This document shows, in pieces, positions 59,121-64,000 of a stretch of 64,000 nt of DNA. Under the pieces are notes generated by a model. It was not told the DNA's origin, made no database searches, and was given only the letters and a program-made list of their open reading frames with translations. The DNA is from Eledone cirrhosa (lineage: Eukaryota). The stretch is taken from assembly GCA_964016885.1 (NCBI GenBank), contig OZ024748.1:39246001-39310000 (forward strand). The letters run 5' to 3'. The position numbers and the translations under genes were made by a program. How positions within the stretch are numbered: position 1 is the first letter of the stretch; every line of letters starts with the position of its first letter.

Positions 59121-62100
59121 TTCTAATGAAAGACACTGTCTAGGTCATTAACCCTTTCATTACCATATTTCTAATGAAAGACACTGTCTATGCAATTAAC
59201 CCTTTCATTACCATATTTCTAATGAAAGTCACAGTCTATGTCATTAACCCTTTCATTACCATATTTCTAATGAAAGTCACTGTCTATGTCATTAACCCTT
59301 TCATTACCATATTTCTAATGAAAGTCACTGTCTATGTCATTAACCCTTTCATTACCATATTTCTAATGAGAGTCACTGTCTATTTCATTAACCCTTTCAT
59401 TACCATATTTCTAATGAAAGACACTGTCTATGTCATTAACCCTTTCATTACCATATTTCTAATGAAAGACACTGTCTATGTCATTAACCCTTACATTACC
59501 ATATTTCTAATAAAAGTCACTGTCTATGTCATTAACCCTTTCATTACCATATTTCTAATGAAAGTCACTGTCTATGTCATTAACCCTTTCATTACCATAT
59601 TTCTAATGAAAGACACATTCTATGTCATTAATCATTTCATTACCATATTTCTAATGGAAGTCACTGTCTATGTCATTAACCCTTTCATTACCATATTTCT
59701 AATGAAAGTCACTGTCTATTTCATTAACCCTTTCATTACCATATTTCTAATGAAAGACACTGTCTATGTCATTAACCCTTTCATTACCATATTTCTAATG
59801 AAAGTCACTGTCTATGTCATTAACCCTTTCATTACCATATATCTAATGAAAGACACTGTCTATGTCATTAACCCTTTCATTACCATATTTCTAATAAAAG
59901 TCACTGTCTATGTCATTAACCCTTTCATTACCATATTTCTAATGAAAGTCACTGTCTATGTCATTAACCCTTTCATTACCATATTTCTAATGAAAGACAC
60001 ATTCTATGTCATTAATCCTTTCATTACTATATTTATAATGGAAGTCACTGTCTATGTCATTAACCCTTTCATTACCATATTTCTAATGAAAGTCACTGTC
60101 TATGTCATTAACCCTTTCATTACCATATTTCTAATGAAATCACTGTCTATGTCATTAACCCTTTCATTACCATATTTCTAATGAAAGACACAGTCTATGT
60201 CATTAATCCTTTCATTACCATATTTCTAATGAAAGTCACTGTCTATGTCATTAACCCTTTCATTACCATATTTCTAATGAAAGACACTATCTATGTGATT
60301 AACCCTGTCATTACCATCTTTTTAATGAAAGTTACTGTCTATGTCAGTAAACCTGTCATTACCATATTTCTAATGAAAGTCACTGTCTATGTCATTAACC
60401 CTTTCATTACCATATTTCTAATGAAAGACACTGTCTATTTCATTAACCCCTTCATTACAATATTTCTAATGAAAGACACTGTCTATGTCATTAACCCTTT
60501 CATTACCATATTTCTAATGAAAGACACTGTCTATGTCATTAACCCTTTCATTACCATATTTCTAATGAAAGTCACTGTCTATGTCATTAACCCTTTCATT
60601 ACCATATTTCTAATGAAAGACACTGTCTATGTCATTAACCCTTTCATTACCATATTTCTAATGAAATTCACTGTCTATGTCATTAACCCATTCATTACGA
60701 TATTTCTAATGAAAGTCATTGTCTATGTCATTAACCCTTTCATTACCATATTTCTAATGAAAGTCACTGTCTATTTCATTAACCCTTTCATTACCATATT
60801 TCTAATGAAAGACACATTCTATGTCATTAATCCTTTCATTACCATATTCCTAATGGAAGTCACTGTCTATGTCATTAACCCTTTCATTACCATATTTCTA
60901 ATGAAAGTCACTGTCTATGTCAATAACCCTTTCATTACCATATTTCTAATGAAAGTCACTGTCTATGTCATTAACCCTTTCATTACCATATGTCTAATGA
61001 AAGACACAGTCTATGTCATTAATCCTTTCATTACCATATTTCTAATGAAAGTCACTGTCTATGTCATTAACCCTTTCATTACCATATTTCTAATGAAAGA
61101 CACTGTCTATGTCATTAACCCTTTCATTACCATATTTCTAATGAAAGACACTGTCTATGTCATTAACCCTTTCATTACCATATTTCTAATAAAAGTCACT
61201 GTCTATGTCATTAACCCTTTCATTACCATATTTCTAATGAAAGTCACTGTCTATTGTCATTAACCCTTTCATTACCATATTTCTAATGAAAGACACATTC
61301 TCTGTCATTAATCCTTTCATTACCATATTTCTAATGGAAGTCACTGTCTATGTCATTAACCCTTTCATTACCATATTTCTAATGAAAGTCACTATCTATG
61401 TCATTAACCCTTTCATTACCATATTTCTAATGAAAGTCACTGTCTATGTCATTAACCCTTTCATTACCATATTTCTAATGAAAGTCACTGTCTATGTCAT
61501 TAACCCTTTCATTACCATATTTCTAATGAAAGACACATTCTATGTCATTAATCCTTTCATTACCATATTTCTAATGGAAGTCACTGTCTATGTCATTAAC
61601 CCTTTCATTACCATATTTCTAATGAAAGTCACTGTCTATGTCATTAACCCTTTCATTACCATATTTCTAATGAAAGACACTGTCTATGTGATTAAACCTG
61701 TCATTACCATATTTCTAATGAAAGTTACTGTCTATGTCAGTAACCCTGTCATTACCATATTTCTAATGAAGGTCACTGTCTATGTCATTAACCCTTTCAT
61801 TACCATATTTCTAATGAAAAACACTGTCTATCTCATTAACCCTTTCATTACCATATTTCTAATGAAAGACACTGTCTAGGTCATTAAACCTTTCATTACC
61901 ATATTTCTAATGAAAGACACTGTCTATGCAATTAACCCTTTCATTACCATATTTCTAATGAAAGTCACTGTCTATGTCATTAACCCTTTCATTACCATAT
62001 TTCTAATGAAAGTCACTGTCTATGTCATTAACCCTTTCATTACCATATTTCTAATGAAAGTCACTGTCTATGTCATTAACCCTTTCATTACCATATTTCT

Positions 62101-64000
62101 AATGAGAGTCACTGTCTATTTCATTAACCCTTTCATTACCATATTTCTAATGAAAGACACTGTCTATGTCATTAACCCTTTCATTACCATATTTCTAATG
62201 AAAGACACTGTCTATGTCATTAACCCTTACATTACCATATTTCTAATAAAAGTCACTGTCTATGTCATTAAACCTTTCATTACCATATTTCTAATGAAAG
62301 TCACTGTCTATGTCATTAACCCTTTCATTACCATATTTCTAATGAAAGACACATTCTATGTCATTAATCATTTCATTACCATATTTCTAATGGAAGTCAC
62401 TGTCTATGTCATTAACCCTTTCATTACCATATTTCTAATGAAAGTCACTGTCTATGTCATTAACCCTTTCATTACCATATTTCTAATGAAAGTCACTGTC
62501 TATGTCATTAATCCTTTCATTACCATATTTCTAATGAAAGTCACTGTCTATGTCATTAACCCTTTCATTACCATATTTCTAATGAAAGTCACTGTCTATG
62601 TCATTAACCCTTTCATTACCATATTTCTAATGAAAGTCACTGTCTATGTCATTAACCCTTTCATTACCATATTTCTAATGAAAGACACTGTCTATGTCAT
62701 TAACCCTTTCATTACCATATTTCTAATGAAAGTCACTGTCTATATCATTAACCCTTTCATTACCATATTTCTAATGAAAGTCACTGTCTATGTCATTAAC
62801 CCTTTCATTACCATATTTCTAATGAAAGTCACTGTCTATGTCATTAACCCTTTCATTACCATATTTCTAATGAAAGACACTCTCTATGTGATTAAACCTG
62901 TCATTACCATATTTCTAATGAAAGTTACTGTCTATGTCAGTAACCCTGTCATTACCATATTTCTAATGAAGGTCACTGTCTATGTCATTAACCCTTTCAT
63001 TACCATATTTCTAATGAAAAACACTGTCTATCTCATTAACCCTTTCATTACCATATTTCTAATGAAAGACACTGTCTAGGTCATTAACCCTTTCATTACC
63101 ATATTTCTAATGAAAGACACTGTCTATGCAATTAACCCTTTCATTACCATATTTCTAATGAAAGTCACTGTCTATGTCATTAACCCTTTCATTACCATAT
63201 TTCTAATGAAAGTCACTGTCTATGTCATTAACCCTTTCATTACCATATTTCTAATGAAAGTCACTGTCTATGTCATTAACCCTTTCATTACCATATTTCT
63301 AATGAAAGTCACTGTCTATGTCATTAACCCTTTCATTACCATATTTCTAATGAAAGACACATTCTATGTCATTAATCCTTTCATTACTATATTTCTAATG
63401 GAAGTCACTGTCTATGTCATTAACCCTTTCATTACCATATTTCTAATGAAAGTCACTGTCTATGTCATTAACCCTTTCATTACCATATTTCTAATGAAAA
63501 ACACTGTCTATCTCATTAACCCTTTCATTACCATATTTCTAATGAAAGACACTGTCTAGGTCATTAACCCTTTCATTACCATATTTCTAATGAAAGACAC
63601 TGTCTATGCAATTAACCCTTTCATTACCATATTTCTAATGAAAGTCACTGTCTATGTCATTAACCCTTTCATTACCATATTTCTAATGAAAGTCACTGTC
63701 TATGTCATTAACCCTTTCATTACCATATTTCTAATGAAAGTCACTGTCTATTTCATTAACCCTTTCATTACCATATTTCTAATGAAAGACACTGTCTATG
63801 TCATTAACCCTTTCATTACCATATTTCTAATGAAAGACACTGTCTATGTCATTAACCCTTTCATTACCTTATTTCTAATAAAAGTCACTGTCTATGTCAT
63901 TAACCCTTTCATTACCATATTTCTAATGAAAGTCACTGTCTATGTCATTAACCCTTTCATTACCATATTTCTAATGAAAGACACATACTATGTCATTAAT

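Larger units (their letters stand above)
1..64000. repeat. 48-bp tandem satellite array, ~1,330 head-to-tail monomers, consensus ATGAAAGWCACTGTCTATGTCATTAACCCTTTCATTACCATATTTCTA; continues past both window ends
   Basis: The same 48-mer is read throughout the window (e.g. 26-73, 2938-2985, 63158-63205). The ORF track shows a 16-aa period, MK(V/D)TVYVINPFITIFL, from start to end. Most monomers differ from consensus by 0-3 substitutions. I saw no inverted copies or non-repeat insertions. Confidence 0.99.

Noticed and set aside
26-63559. Dozens of + strand ORFs up to 1,464 aa made of MK(V/D)TVYVINPFITIFL repeats
   Set aside because: They follow from a 48-bp stop-free frame. There are no unique N- or C-terminal regions. 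Frameshifts (+1, -1, -7) and TAG/TAA stops are tolerated and amplified, and most common variants are non-synonymous. The product would be an implausible, almost wholly hydrophobic polymer.
1-64000. CRISPR array (palindromic repeat of 27 bp plus a 21-bp more variable part)
   Set aside because: The would-be spacers are near-identical copies of one sequence, not unique. There is no leader and no cas gene in the window.
1-64000. MITE or transposon terminal inverted repeats
   Set aside because: The inverted arms are internal to a tandem monomer. There are no target-site duplications, element boundaries or transposase remnants.
1-64000. Pure sequencing or assembly artefact (concatemer)
   Set aside because: Variants are ordered, linked, regionally restricted and shared between duplicated blocks that also have private differences. 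Random error would not give that pattern. Exact copy numbers still need read validation.

Overview
The whole 64 kb window is one uninterrupted, head-to-tail, single-orientation tandem array (satellite DNA) of a 48-bp AT-rich monomer, consensus ATGAAAG[T/A]CACTGTCTATGTCATTAACCCTTTCATTACCATATTTCTA (about 31% GC, no CpG in the consensus, roughly 1,330 copies). The array runs off both ends. I found no unique sequence, credible gene, RNA gene, transposon or CRISPR array. The long + strand ORFs exist only because 48 is a multiple of 3 and one frame of the monomer has no stop codon. The real structure lies inside the array. Each monomer carries a 9-bp inverted repeat and a degenerate 4 x 12-bp substructure. 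A distinct left sub-domain (1 to ~2.9 kb) has 41-bp deletion monomers. A 49-bp landmark monomer recurs 31 times in a fixed neighbour context. Nested block duplications run from 0.9 to 2.8 kb, with a recurring ~5.9-6.0 kb higher-order period, and diagnostic variants turn over from left to right. The scale and organisation resemble eukaryotic heterochromatic or (peri)centromeric satellite (inference). Neither the organism nor the satellite family can be identified from the sequence alone, and I cannot support a new gene system here. All counts and offsets were made by eye with help from the ORF track.
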